Assembly (NCBI GenBank): GCA_951406725.2 | Contig: OX597843.1 | Location: forward strand, 3,162,001-3,226,000 | Length of the DNA stretch: 64,000 bases | Reading direction: 5' to 3' | DNA from: Octopus vulgaris | Taxonomy: Eukaryota | Part shown: positions 51,154 through 64,000 of the stretch, in pieces | Layout of the letters: the number at the start of each line of letters is the position of its first letter | Numbering within the stretch: the first letter of the stretch is position 1 | Position numbers and translations under genes: made by a program | The notes under the pieces: model-generated | What the model was told of the DNA's origin: nothing | The model's database searches: none | What the model saw: the letters and a program-made list of their open reading frames with translations, nothing else

Positions 51154-52465
51154 GTAAGGCCTCTCTATGGTTAAACTATTATTTCACTGGCGATCTTACG
51201 GTATAAGTACCAGATACATTTAAAAAAAGTGGGTTTTTTTTATATATGGGGGGGTCAGGGATAGGGTTTGTGTTAGGGGTGGGAGAAAAGGATTTCTCTT
51301 ATCTTCAGATATGTAAACTCACGTGTGTACATGTACCGAAGGATCGCCACATACCTTAACCCTAACCCCCCATATATATAAAAGAAACCCTTTTTTGAAA
51401 CGTATCCCGTACTTGCGGAAGTACAGCTGTACTTATACCTATTTCTTTACTACCCACAAGGGGCTAAACACAGAGGGGACAAACAAGGACAGACAAAGGG
51501 ATTAAGTCGATTACATGGGCCCCAGTGCGTAACTGGTACTTAATTTATCGACCCCGACAGGATGAATGGCAAAATGGACCTCGGCGGAATTTGAACTCAG
51601 AACGTAACGGCAGACGAAATACCGTTAAGCATTTCGGTACTTATACCGTAAGATCGCCCACTTCCGGAAGTACACGATCGCCATTTCACTTCGATAGTGT
51701 TGGTTAACGGGTCAAACTAACGCCTTTGACCCGGGCACAAAAAGGAAAAAAAAAAGGGTCCATGGCCTTTAAACTATAAGTGTTTGACCCTGGCCAGAAA
51801 AAACTGGACAAAATAGTGTAATAGGTGTAAAACTACTTATTCTAAACGATTATCAAAAACATACACACACACACAAAGAGAAATGGTTGGTTGAAGGCAA
51901 GTGTGCATTGAACTGAATTTAAATAAGCAAGAAAGATATTATCAAAGAAAAGGCCATGGTACCATCTTTAGGATCTGTTGTTGTTGTTATTATGGAGTTG
52001 AATGTGTGGGTGTCCGGTGAAGTTATTAATATCAATATGTATGCATATATATATATACATACATATATATATATATCTATGTATGTGTATACGTATATAT
52101 ATATATAAATACATACATACATATATATCTATGTATGTGTATACATTTATATATATATAAATACATACATATATATGTATGTATATATATATATATGTAT
52201 GTATATATATATATATGTATGTATATATATATATATGTATGTATATATATATATATATGTATGTATATACATATATATGTATGTATATATATATATATAA
52301 ATGTATATATATATATATAGATACATATATATATATATATATAAATGCATATATATATTTATATATATATATAGATATATATATGTACACACACACATAC
52401 ATACATTCATATATATATATATATATATAATACATGCATATATATATATACATATACATATATAA

Positions 52466-52522
<57 letters not shown>

Positions 52523-54227
52523 CAGTATAACCCAGCTTTGCCCGGCATCAAGTTAGGATTATTAAGCTAAAGAAGTTCTTTATTTCAAACCAAAAAGAAT
52601 ATATTCCTTGCCACCGGTACAACACTCACCGACAAACTGCCGCCAAGCAGCTCGAGAAATTCCGTTCGTCTCATCAAAAGCCAGCACACCAGACTGACCG
52701 ACGCATGCGCGGGAAGCAAGCTTCTTACTCTGCAGCTATGCCTGCACCTATGGTAGAATTCTTCAGAAATTCTACAGGATTGGCTGTGTGGTAAGTAGCT
52801 TGCTAACCAACCACACGGTTCTGCGTGGCATCTTGGGCAAGTGTCTTCTGCTATTGCCCAGGACCGACCAATGCTTTGTGAGTGGATTTGGTAGACGGAA
52901 ACTGAAAGAAGCCTGTCCCCCTAGCATTGCTTGACAACCGATGCTGGTGTGTTTACGTACCCGTCACTTAGCGGTTCGAGAAAAGTTACCGATAGAATAA
53001 GTACTGGGCTTACAAAGAATAAGTCCCGGGGTCGATCTGCTCGACTAAAGGCGGTGCTCCAGCATGGCCGCAGTCAAATGACTGAAACAAGTCAGAGAGT
53101 AAAGAGTAAGAGTATCTAACCTTCCAGCAGTGTATAAACAGAACATCAGGACATCTATTTCTTTGGCTTCATTTAAATTTTACTTCCAGATTGATTCAAT
53201 TACGAAACTGCCAAGGAATTTTCAATTTGTCAACTACTGTCAAATTTGTATTATTCCTACCGCTCTATGTCATGCTAGTGAGACCCATATAGTGGAGTAC
53301 GGGATTCAAGCCTCTTCTCCTTATCTCCTCAAAGACATACAGCATCTCGAAAGAGTCCTGAAGCTGGCTACCCGCATGGTTCTTGGTCTCAAGAATTTGT
53401 CTTATGAAGAAAGGCTGAAGACGCTCGACTTTTATTCTCTAGAAAAACGACGATGCCTTGGTGATCTCATTCTTGCTCACAACATCATAAGCGGAAAGTG
53501 TAACCTCTCGACAAAGCTGTTCTTCACTCTTGCTCTAGAGCGTCGGCTGCGGGGTAATTCCGAAAAGCTCTATCTGCGACGATTTCATCTCAATCGAAGG
53601 AGAGGGGCTTCCTCCATCCGGGTTGCGGGTCCGTGGGATAAGCTGCCGGACGAGATGGTGAAGATGCCGATGACCGCTCAGTTCACCGTCTCCCTTGACC
53701 ACAAGTGGCCTGAACTCTTTACATGAACACCACCCTGTACATAACTCCATGTCCCCCTACATGGCCTTGCTTTTTGCATTTTGAGCCAAAAATTAACTAA
53801 CTAACTAACCTTAAATTTCTATGTCTCCTCCCTGATTGACGCAGTTTCTCTGATATTTCAGATAACCAGAAGACATTGGCAGCAAAGAATACTTCAGTGG
53901 TCAGAATCGACGTTTGCCATCTTTCAAAGATTAAAGGAGAACATCACAGGGAACAGACATCAAACGGAATATGTAAACACATGGTGGAATTACTGTGGAA
54001 TATTTCTTCCGAGTAAGACTGTTAGTGAAATATCTCTACTTCTTCACTGTCTGGAATGTTTTGAAGATGATATGGTATTCTAATTAAACTTGGATGACAA
54101 AGGAGTTTGAGGCATCTTCAGATAACAGAAGATTCAGGAAATATAAAGGGAATAAATATTTGTTAATGAAAACAAAATTTAGTTCGGAAAAAGTAAAACA
54201 TCTGAACATTGTGGTAAGAGGAAGAAA

Positions 54228-55334
54228 ATGATGGAAAACGAATTCTTTGAAGGCGGCAGTATTAAATGTAAATCAGAGTTTGACAATAATGATTTTCTTG
54301 ATGAGAAGCCAAAAGACGGAGGGCAAAAACCCTATTCTTGTGATATATGTAAAATGTCATTCTCTCACAAAAGTAAACTCATTGTTCACAGATGTATTCA
54401 TACAGGAGAGAAGCCATATCGGTGTGATATCTGTGGTAAATCATTCTCTCGAAGTGATCACTTAGCTAGACACAAACTCATTCATACAGGGGAAAAGCTA
54501 TTTGACTGTGACATTTGTGGTGAATCATTCTCTTTGAGCAGTAACTTAAATGCACACAAACGTATTCATACAGGAGAGAAGCCATATCACTGTGATATCT
54601 GTGGTAAATCATTCTCTCAAAATAGTCACTTAGCTAAACACAGACGTGTTCATACAGGAGAGAAGCCATATCAGTGTGATATCTGTGGTAAATCATTCTT
54701 TGAACAAATATATGTAACTAGACACAAACGTATTCATACAGGAGAGAAGCCCTATCACTGTGAGATCTGTGGTCAATCATTCGCTTTCAGCTGTAACTTA
54801 AAGAAACACAAACGTATTCATACAGGAGAGAAGCCATATCGGTGTGATATCTGTGGTAAATCATTCTCTCAAAATAGTCACTTAGCTACACACAGACGTG
54901 TTCATGCAGGAGAGAAGCCATTTGACTGTGACATTTGTGGTGAATCATTTACTCAGAAAGATATTCTAATTAAACACAAACGTATTCATACAGGAGAGAA
55001 GTCATATCAGTGTGAGATTTGTGGTAAATCATTCTCTGTGAGCAGTAGCTTAAATACACACAAACGTATTCATACAGGAGAGAAACCCTATCACTGTGAG
55101 ATTTGTGGTAAATCATTCTCTGTGAGCAGTAGCTTAAATTCACACAAACGTATTCATACAGGAGAGAAGCCATATCGGTGTGATATCTGTGGTAAACCAT
55201 TCTCTCGAAGTGTTCACTTAGTTAATCACAGACGTATTCATACAGGAGAGAAGCCATATCACTGTGAGATCTGTGGTAAATCATTTTCTATAAAAAATAA
55301 CTTGGCTAGACACAAACTTACACATACGGGATAA
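54228..55334 (+). CDS. C2H2 zinc-finger protein ZNF5, 368 aa, 12 fingers
   Basis: Same leader and linkers; acceptor at 53861. Confidence 0.95.
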   Translation: MMENEFFEGGSIKCKSEFDNNDFLDEKPKDGGQKPYSCDICKMSFSHKSKLIVHRCIHTGEKPYRCDICGKSFSRSDHLARHKLIHTGEKLFDCDICGESFSLSSNLNAHKRIHTGEKPYHCDICGKSFSQNSHLAKHRRVHTGEKPYQCDICGKSFFEQIYVTRHKRIHTGEKPYHCEICGQSFAFSCNLKKHKRIHTGEKPYRCDICGKSFSQNSHLATHRRVHAGEKPFDCDICGESFTQKDILIKHKRIHTGEKSYQCEICGKSFSVSSSLNTHKRIHTGEKPYHCEICGKSFSVSSSLNSHKRIHTGEKPYRCDICGKPFSRSVHLVNHRRIHTGEKPYHCEICGKSFSIKNNLARHKLTHTG

Positions 55335-55497
55335 AAGCTATATCACTGTGATGAATCATTCTCTCAAAATAATCAGCTAACTAAACACAAATCCATTCTT
55401 GCGGGTGAAAAAATCTATAATACATCCTTCTTTCAAAATGGTAACTTAACTATACATAAGTAAATTTTTGCATGGGAGGAGCCATATCACTGTAATA

Positions 55498-55881
55498 TCT
55501 TTATATATAAAAGTGAAGTTGTGTGTCTGTCTCTTACGATTTAGATTCCTAACAACTCCCACATTTTGCGGCGCAGTTTAACCAAAAGCAGGTATCTTAT
55601 AGTCGTGATTCATATCGAGCCCTTCTGGGTATTAGCGTGAGTCTACGATTTTAAAAAAAATTTACCATCATTTTTTCCCATTTTTAATTCAATTTTTTGC
55701 AATTATATAAGGGAAGTAACTCTCTAAAAATGTATTATTAAATCTCAGAACTTTAAAAGCTACAGTAACATCCCACTTTGTGGTTAGCCATATTGGGATG
55801 GCAATTATACTTTACATCTCTAAAAATGCTTATATAGTTATTTCCCTTACAAACCCAAGCAACGCCGGGCGATACTGCTAG
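55498..55881 (+). mobile_element. Non-autonomous Helitron in ZNF5 3' region
   Basis: a|TCtttatat...aacgccgggcgatactgCTAG|t; same insertion site as in ZNF3. Confidence 0.85.
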
Positions 55882-57824
55882 TCTGTGTTAAATCATTCCC
55901 CAAAAAGACAATTCATTACACAAGTAATGTGTTCATACAAGTGAGTAATTGTATCTGTATCATAATTCTTTCCATGAAGGTAATATCTTCTATAAGATTA
56001 TCTTAGGAATAATAAAACACAACACACGTCCTGTTTGTGTCGCTAGTAGAATAAGACTACCGCAACGAAAAAGAGAGAGTGCCTGATTAAATGCAGGTGA
56101 ACTGTTGTAAAAAGTTTTGCTCTGACATTGCTGGTATTTTAATCCTAATAAAACTACACCTGAACGTGTATTTAGTTTATCAGTTTCACACACACAAATA
56201 TATATAAAATAATGCCTTGATATGGGAGTCCACAGAGTCCGCTTGTAAACCGGAAACTTGTAAAACAGAACAATAATCTCCCATAGGAGCAGTGTTTTAA
56301 ATCCTAATTCATCATCATCATCATCATCGTTTAGCGTCCGTTCTCCATGCTAGCATGGGTTGGACGGTTCAACTGGGGACTTGAGAAGCCAGAAGGCTGC
56401 ACCAGGCTCCAGTCTGATCTGGCAGTGTTTCTACAGCTGGATGCCCTTCCTAACGCCAACCACTCCGTGAGTGTAGCGGATGCTTTTTATGTGCCACCTG
56501 TACAGGTGCCTGGCAAGGCTGGCAATGGGCACGATTGGATTGATGCATTTTACATGCCACCGGCACGGGAGCCAGTCGAGGCGACGCTGGCATCGGCTGC
56601 GATGCGGAGAGCGCTTTTTACGTACCACCAGTTTCTGGCAATTGGTTCCCAGAAAAATATTCTACCTGTAAAATTTATAATACTCATAAATAAATGGCAA
56701 TAAAACAACAGGAGAATGTAAAAAATATTTTTTGTAAAATAAAAAGAATGTCAAGATCATTTATAATAAAAATTATTATTATTATTATTATTATGGTTTT
56801 CTGAATTACTTTCATTTTGACTGGACTGAAACACACCATCACTTCTAGACACAATCACCAATTCACAAGCACTCATGGACAGACCTGTAGATCTCTTTTT
56901 AAAAAACAAGTCTAGAGTTTTTGCCCTCTATAAATTTCTTGGTAATACGCAGAAGCATTTGTTATGGTAGTAGAAACTTTTGGAATTCATTCAATGTATG
57001 GATCTTGTGCTTGAAAGATTTCAGCTCATCATAGAAAAGTGAGGTAAAAAAAAACTTGTAAACCCAGGTTCTCATATATACGACAGGCTTCTTTCAGTTC
57101 CCGTCTACCAAATCCACTCACAAGGCTTTGGTCGGCCCGAGGCTATAGTAGAAGACACTTCCCCAAGGTGCCACGCAGTGGGACTGAACCCGGAACCATG
57201 TGGTCGCTAAAAAAGCTACTTACCACACAGCCACTCCTGCGCGTATATATATATAAATATGTGCGTGTATGTTTGTCGCTTGACAACCGATACTGGTGTG
57301 TTTACATCCTCGTAACCTAGCGATTCGGCAAAAGACACCCATAGAATAAGTACTGGGGTCGATTTGCTCAACTAAATGGCGGTGCTCCAGCATGGCCGCA
57401 GTTAAATGACTGAAACAAGTAAAAGAGTAGTATAACCGATACAGCATTCTGGTTTCCTGATATTTGCGATGCATAAACTTCGATTCTGTTTTTCTTGTTG
57501 GAAATTGGCGGATTTTACATACACACCTGAAGCAGGTGAGAAGAAATAAGCAAGGTTTTTTTTAAGATGAGACATTGCTGGTATAATGTCGTTATATCTA
57601 TACTCGAGAAACCCAGGGAAAAACATAGAAACAGAATGGAAAAGAACAAACACACACACACACACAGACAAGAACAAGCACACGCGCCAGCTAGTCATGA
57701 CTAGTCGATCCTTACATTGTGTTTATGTGTTATTTACTTTGCTAGGTAGGTCGTCGTAGGATCGACTAGTCGCGACTAGCTTACGCGAGTGCGCGCACCG
57801 GGACCACTGTTCTCGAGTAGTACC

Positions 57825-58100
57825 ATCGTAAAGCTCCTCAAACTCGCGCGCACAAAGTTCGGTCTTCTAAAATCGTATGTGTGGGCGTTATGGGTTTTAA
57901 TGAGCTCTGGGGTGATGGTCACGGGGATTGCATAGTGAGGTAAACGGAAGTGAAGACTGCAGGCCCCGGCGAAAGAGCCACGGGCGCATGCGCGGACAGA
58001 AAGCACTTTGGCGCAATTCAATGAGAGACGGCAAGGGTGGCAGGACCCTGTTTTTCTTCAATTTAAGGGCAGCGATCGCTCGTCCCGCCTCGGTCGACAG
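57825..58100 (+). promoter_or_regulatory. Promoter and first exon of ZNF6
   Basis: GCGCATGCGC at 57984-57993; CAG|gtaag at 58100. Confidence 0.7.
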
Positions 58101-59397
58101 GTAAGGCCTCTCTATGGTTAAACTATTATTTCGCTGGCGATCTTACGGTATAAGTACCAGATACATTTAAAAAAAGTGGGTTTTCTTTATATATGGGGGG
58201 TTAGGGTTAGGGTTTGTTTTAGGGGTGGGGGAAAAGGGTTTCTCTTATCTTCAGAAATGTAAACTCACGTGTGTACATGTACCGAAGGATTTCCACATAC
58301 CCTAACCCCCCATATATATAAAAGAAACCCTTTTTTGAAACGTATCCCGTACTTGCGGAAGTACAGCGGTACTTATACCTATTTCTTTACTACTCACAAG
58401 GGGCTAAACACAAAGGGGACAAACAAGGACAGACAAAGGGATTAAGTCGATTACATGGGCCCCAGTGCGTAACTGGTACTTAATTTATCGACCCTGAAAG
58501 GATGAAAGGGAAAGTCGACCTCGGCGGAATTTGAACTCAGAACGTAACGGCAGACGAAATACCGTTAAGCATTTCGGTACTTATACCGTAAGATCGCCCA
58601 CTTCCGGAAGTAGACGATCGCCATTTCACTTCGATAGTGTTGGTTAATGGGTCAAACTAACGCCTTTGACCCGGGCACAAAAAAGAAAAAAGGAAAAAAA
58701 AGGGTCCATGGCCTTTAAACTATAAGTGTTTGACCCGGGCCAGAAAAAAATGGACAAAATAGTGTAATAGGTGTAAAACTACTTGTTCTAAACTATTATG
58801 AAAAACATACACACACACACAAAGAGAAATGGTTGGTTGAAGGCAAGTGTGCATTGAACTGAATTTAAATAAGCAAGAAAGATATTATCAAAGAAAAGGC
58901 CATGGTACCATCTTTAGGATCTGTTGTTGTTGTTGTTATTATGGGGTTGAATGTGTGGGTGTGCGGTGAAGTTATTAATATCAATATGTATGCATATATA
59001 TATATACATACATATATATCTATGTAAGTGTATACGTATATATATATATAAATACATACGTACATATATATATGTATATATATATATATATAAATACATA
59101 CATACATATATATGTATGTATATATATATGTATGTATGTATATATATATGTATGTATGTATATATATATATATATACATATATATGTATGTATATATATA
59201 TATATAAATGTATATATATATATATAGATACATATATATATATATAAATGCATATATATATTTATATATATATATATACATATATAATTATATATATATA
59301 TATATATACGTACATGCATATATATATGTACATACATATATATATATATACACATACATACATATATATATATGTACACACTCACATACATACATTC

Positions 59398-59428
<31 letters not shown>

Positions 59429-59578
59429 TAATTATATATATATATATATACATACATGCATGTATATATATACATATATATATAAATACATATATATATA
59501 TATATATATATACGTTTAAATATTTGTTGTGCAAGATTATTGGCTAAACTGGCAATATGACCATTCCGAAATATAACA

Positions 59579-59618
<40 letters not shown>

Positions 59619-61339
59619 AGCAGTATAACCCAGCTTTGCCCGGCATCAAGTTAGGATTATTAAGCTAAAGAAGTTCTTTATTTGAAACCAAACAGAATAT
59701 ATTCCTTGCCACCGGTACAACAGTCACAGACAAACCGCCACGAAGCAGCTCGAGAAATTCCATTTGTCTCGTCAAAAGCCAGCACACCAAACTGACTGAC
59801 GCATGCGCGGGAAGCAAGCTTCTTACCCTGCAGCCATGCCTGCACCTATGGTAGAATTCTTCAGAAATCCTACAGGATTGGTTGTGTGGTAAGTAGCTTG
59901 CTAACCAACCACACGGTTCCGGGTTTGGTCCCACTGCGTGGCATCTTGGGCAAGTGTCTTCTGCTATAGCCCAGAACCGACCAATGCCATGTGAGTGGAT
60001 TTGGTAGCCGGAAACTGAAAGAAGCCTGTCCCCCTAGCATTGCTTGACAACCGATGCTGGTGTGTTTACGTCCCCGTCACTTAAGGTTCGACAAATAAGA
60101 CCGATAGAATAAGTACTGGGCTTACAAAGAATAAGTCCAGGGGTCGATCTGCTCGACTAAAGGCGGTGCTCCAGCATGGCCGCAGTCAAATGACTGAAAC
60201 AAGTCAGAGAGTAAAGAGTAAGAGTATCTAACCTTCCAGCAGTATATAAACAGAACATCAGGACATCTATTTCTTTGGCTTCACTTAAATTTTACTTCCA
60301 GATTGATTCAATTATGAAACTGCCAAGGAATTTTCAATTTGTCAACTACTGTCAAATTTGTATTATTCCTACCGCTCTATGTCACGCTGGTGGGACCCAT
60401 ATAGTGGAGTACGGGATTCAAGCCTCTTCTCCTTATCTCCTCAAAGACATACAGCATCTCGAAAGAGTCCTGAAGCTGGGTACCCGCATGGTTCTTGGTC
60501 TCAAGAATTTGTCTTATGAAGAAAGGCTGAAGATGCTCGACCTTTATTCTCTAGAAAAACGACGATGCCGTGGTGATCTCATTCTTGCTCACAACATCAT
60601 AAGCGGAAAGTGTAACCTCTCGACAAAGCTGTTCTTCACTCCTGCTCTAGAGCGTCGGCTGCGGGGTCATTCCGAAAAGCTCTATCTGTGACGATTTCAT
60701 CTCAATCGAAGGAGAGGGGCTTCCTCCGTCCGGGTTGCAGATCCGTGGGATAAGCTGCCGGACGAGATGGTGAAGATACCGACGACCGCTCAGTTCACAC
60801 TCTCCCTTGACCACAAGTGGCCTGAACTCTTTACATGAACACCACCCTGTACATAACTCCATGTCCCCCTACATGGCCTTGCTTTTTGCATTTTGAGCCA
60901 AAAATTAACTAACTAACTAACCTTAAATTTCTATGTCTCCTCCCTGATTGACGCAGTTTCTCTGATATTTCAGATAACCAGAAGACATTGGCAGCAAAGA
61001 ATACTTCAGTGGTCAGAATCGACGTTTGCCATCTTTCAAAGATTAAAGGAGAACATCACAGGGAACAGATATCACACGGAATATGTAAACACATGGTGGA
61101 ATTACTGTGGAATATTTCTTCCGAGTAAGACTGTTAGCGAAATATCTCTACTTCTTCACTGTCTGGAATGTTTTGAAGATGATATGGTATTCTAATTAAA
61201 CTTGGATGACAAAGGAGTTTGAGGCATCTTCAGATAACAGAAGATTCAGGAAATATAAAGAGAATAAGTATTTGTTAATGAAAACAAAATTTAGTTCGGA
61301 AAAAGTAAAATATCTGAACATTGTGGTAAGAGGAAGAAA

Positions 61340-62191
61340 ATGATGGAAAACGAATTCTGTGAAGGCGGCAGTGTTAAATGTAAATCAGAGTTTGGCAATA
61401 ATGATTTTCTTGATGAGAAACCAAAAGACAGAGGGCAAAAACCCTATTCTTGTGATATATGTAAAATGTCATTTTCTCAAAAAGGTAAACTCATTGTTCA
61501 CAAACGTATTCATACAGGAGAGAAACCATTTGACTGTAACGTTTGTGGCAAATCACTCACTCGTAGCAGTGACTTAACCAAACACATACGGATTCATACA
61601 GGAGAGAAGCCATATCATTGCGATATCTGTGATAAATCATTCTCTCAACGTGATCACTTAACTAAACATAAACGTATTCATACGGGAGAGAAGCCATATC
61701 AGTGTGATATCTGTGATAAGTCATTCTCTCAACGTGATCACTTAACAAAACACAGACCTGTTCATACAGGAGAGAAGCCATATCAGTGTGATATCTGTGG
61801 TAAATCATTCTCTCTAAGTCATAACCTAGCTAATCACAGACGTGTTCATACAGGAGAGAAGCCATATCAGTGTGATATCTGTGGTAAATCATTCTCTAAA
61901 AATAACTTAACTACACACAAACGTATTCATACAGGAGAGAAACCCTATCACTGTGAGATCTGTGGTCAATCATTCTCTGTGAGCAGTACTCTAATTACAC
62001 ACAAACGTATTCATACAGGAGAAAAGCCATATCAGTGTGATATCTGTGGTAAATCATTCTCTCAAAACCCTACCTTAACTTTACACAAACGTGTTCATAC
62101 AGGAGAGAAGCCATATCACTGTGAGATCTGTGGTAAATCATTTTCTATAAAAAATAGCTTGGCTAGACACAAACTTACACATACGGGATAA
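61340..62191 (+). CDS. C2H2 zinc-finger protein ZNF6, 283 aa, 9 fingers
   Basis: Same leader; one finger is a residue short ([10 protein letters not shown]); acceptor at 60973. Confidence 0.95.
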   Translation: MMENEFCEGGSVKCKSEFGNNDFLDEKPKDRGQKPYSCDICKMSFSQKGKLIVHKRIHTGEKPFDCNVCGKSLTRSSDLTKHIRIHTGEKPYHCDICDKSFSQRDHLTKHKRIHTGEKPYQCDICDKSFSQRDHLTKHRPVHTGEKPYQCDICGKSFSLSHNLANHRRVHTGEKPYQCDICGKSFSKNNLTTHKRIHTGEKPYHCEICGQSFSVSSTLITHKRIHTGEKPYQCDICGKSFSQNPTLTLHKRVHTGEKPYHCEICGKSFSIKNSLARHKLTHTG

Positions 62192-62811
62192 AAGCCATAT
62201 CACTGTGATGAATCATTCTCTCAAAATAATCAGCTAACTAAACACAAATCCATTCTTGCGGGTGAAAAATCTATAATACATCCTTCTATGAAGATGGTAA
62301 CTTAACTATACATAAGTAAATTTTTGCATGGGAGAAGCCATATCACTGCGATATCTGTGATAAATCATTCCCCAAAAAGACAATTCATTACACAAGTAAT
62401 GTGTTCATACAAGTGAGTAATTGTATCTGTATCATAATTCTTTCTATGAAGGTAATATCTTCTATAAGATTATCTTAGGAATAATAAAACACAACACACG
62501 TCCTGTTTGTGTCGCTAGTAGAATAAGAATACCACAATGAAAAAGAGAGAGTGCCTGATTAAATGCAGGTGAACTGTTGTAAAAAGTTTTGCTCTGACAT
62601 TGCTGGTATTTTAATCCTAATAAAACTACACCTGAACGTGTACTTAGTTTATCAGTTTCACACACACAAATATATATAAAATAATGCCTTGATATGGGAC
62701 ACAGACAAGAACAAGCACACGCGCCAGCTAGTCATGACTAGTCGATCCTTACATTGTGTTTTTGTGTTATTTACTTTAATAGGTAGGTCGTCGTAGGATC
62801 GACTAGTCACG

Positions 62812-63079
62812 GCTCCTCAAACTCGCGCGCACAAAGTTCGGTCTTCTAAAATCGTATGTGTGGGCATTATGGGTTTTAATGAGCTCTGGGGTGATGGTCA
62901 CGGGGATTGCATATTGAGGTAAACGGAAGTGAAGACTGCAGGCCCCGGCGAAAGAGCCACGGGCGCATGCGCGGACGGAAAGCACGTTGGCGCAATTCAA
63001 TGATAGACGGCAAGGGTGGCAGGACCCTGTTTTTCTTCAATTTAAGGGCAGCGATCGCTCGTCCCGCCTCGGTCGACAG
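62812..63079 (+). promoter_or_regulatory. Promoter and first exon of a seventh ZNF unit (coding exon expected beyond the window)
   Basis: GCGCATGCGC at 62963-62972; CAG|gtaag at 63079; intron-1 sequence runs to the window end. Confidence 0.7.
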
Positions 63080-64000
63080 GTAAGGCCTCTCTATGGTTAA
63101 ACTATTATTTCGCTGGCGATCTTACGGTATAAGTACCGGATACATTTAAAAAAAGTGTGTGTTTTTTTTATATATGGGGGGTCAGGGATAGGGTTTGTGT
63201 TAGGGGTGGGAGAAAAGGGTTTCTCTTATCTTCAGGAATGTAAACTCACGTGTGTACATGTACCGAAGGATCGCCACATACCCTAACCCCCCATATATAT
63301 AAAAGAAACCCTTTTTTGAAACATATCCCGTACTTGCGGTACTTATACCTATTTCTTTACTACCCACAAGGGGCTAAACATAGAGGGGACAAACAAGGAC
63401 AGACAAAAGGATTAAGTCGATTATATGGGCCCCAGTGCGTAACTGGTACTTAATTTATCGACCCCGAAAGGATGAAAGGCAAAGTCGACCTCGGCGGAAT
63501 TTGAACTCAGAACGTAACAGCAGACGAAATACCGTTAAGCATTTCGGTACTTATACCGTAAGATCGCCCACTTCCGGAAGTACACGATCGCCATTTCACT
63601 TCGATAGTGTTGGTGAATGGGTCAAACTAAAGCCTTTGACCCGGGCACAAAAAAGAAAAAAAAAGGGTCCATGGCCTTTAAACTATAAGTGTTTGACCCA
63701 GGCCAGAAAAAAAAATGGACAAAATAGTGTAATAGGTGTAAAACTACTTGTTCTAAACGATTATCAAAAACATACACACACACACACACAAAGAGAAATG
63801 GTTGGTTGAAGGCAAGTGTGCATTGAACTGAATTTAAATAAGCAAGAAAGATATTATCAAAGAAAAGGCCATGGTACCATCTTTAGGATCTGTTGTTGTT
63901 GTTGTTATTATGGGGTTGAATGTGTGGGTGTGCGGTGAAGTTATTAATATCAATATGTATGCATATATATATACATACATATATATATATCTATGTATGT

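Larger units (their letters stand above)
15502..64000. repeat. Segmental duplication array of ZNF units (three leftward, three rightward, plus start of a seventh)
   Basis: Promoter, intron, UTR and flank blocks recur almost identically in each unit. Homology begins at an OR2-like SINE at ~15502. Confidence 0.95.

Noticed and set aside
53130-53726. 198-aa ORF as a domesticated RT gene
   Set aside because: Only the LINE C-terminus without RT catalytic motifs; paralogous copies carry stops and frameshifts.

Overview
Eukaryotic, AT-rich, microsatellite- and SINE-dense animal DNA. The SINE families and single-exon TGEKPY C2H2 genes point to an octopus or other coleoid cephalopod (inference). 0.8-8.9 kb holds the last six exons of a + strand ankyrin-repeat plus two-RING E3 ligase gene (Mind bomb 2-like); all five introns are GT-AG and the phases match. 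9-15.5 kb is TE debris: SINE minisatellites, LINE 3' ends, Tc1 and hAT remnants, and a 100-N gap. 15.5-64 kb is a young array of ~7-9 kb units. Each unit has a MITE-flanked CpG-rich promoter with a first exon, a TE-filled intron, and one exon coding a C2H2 zinc-finger protein (28, 18, 8, 16, 12 and 9 fingers); the promoter of a 7th unit is at the right edge. Three genes face left and three face right, meeting head-to-head at a palindromic MITE at ~40.9 kb. Highlights: Penelope-type hammerhead ribozyme motifs in introns (some in the host's sense direction), whole-finger shuffling with changes at DNA-contact residues, mosaic paralog ancestry shown by a solo LTR and a Helitron, a uORF whose stop overlaps the ZNF start codon, and a 67-bp satellite with an 800-bp higher-order period grown from a single-copy monomer. 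Everything was read by eye; no searches were run.
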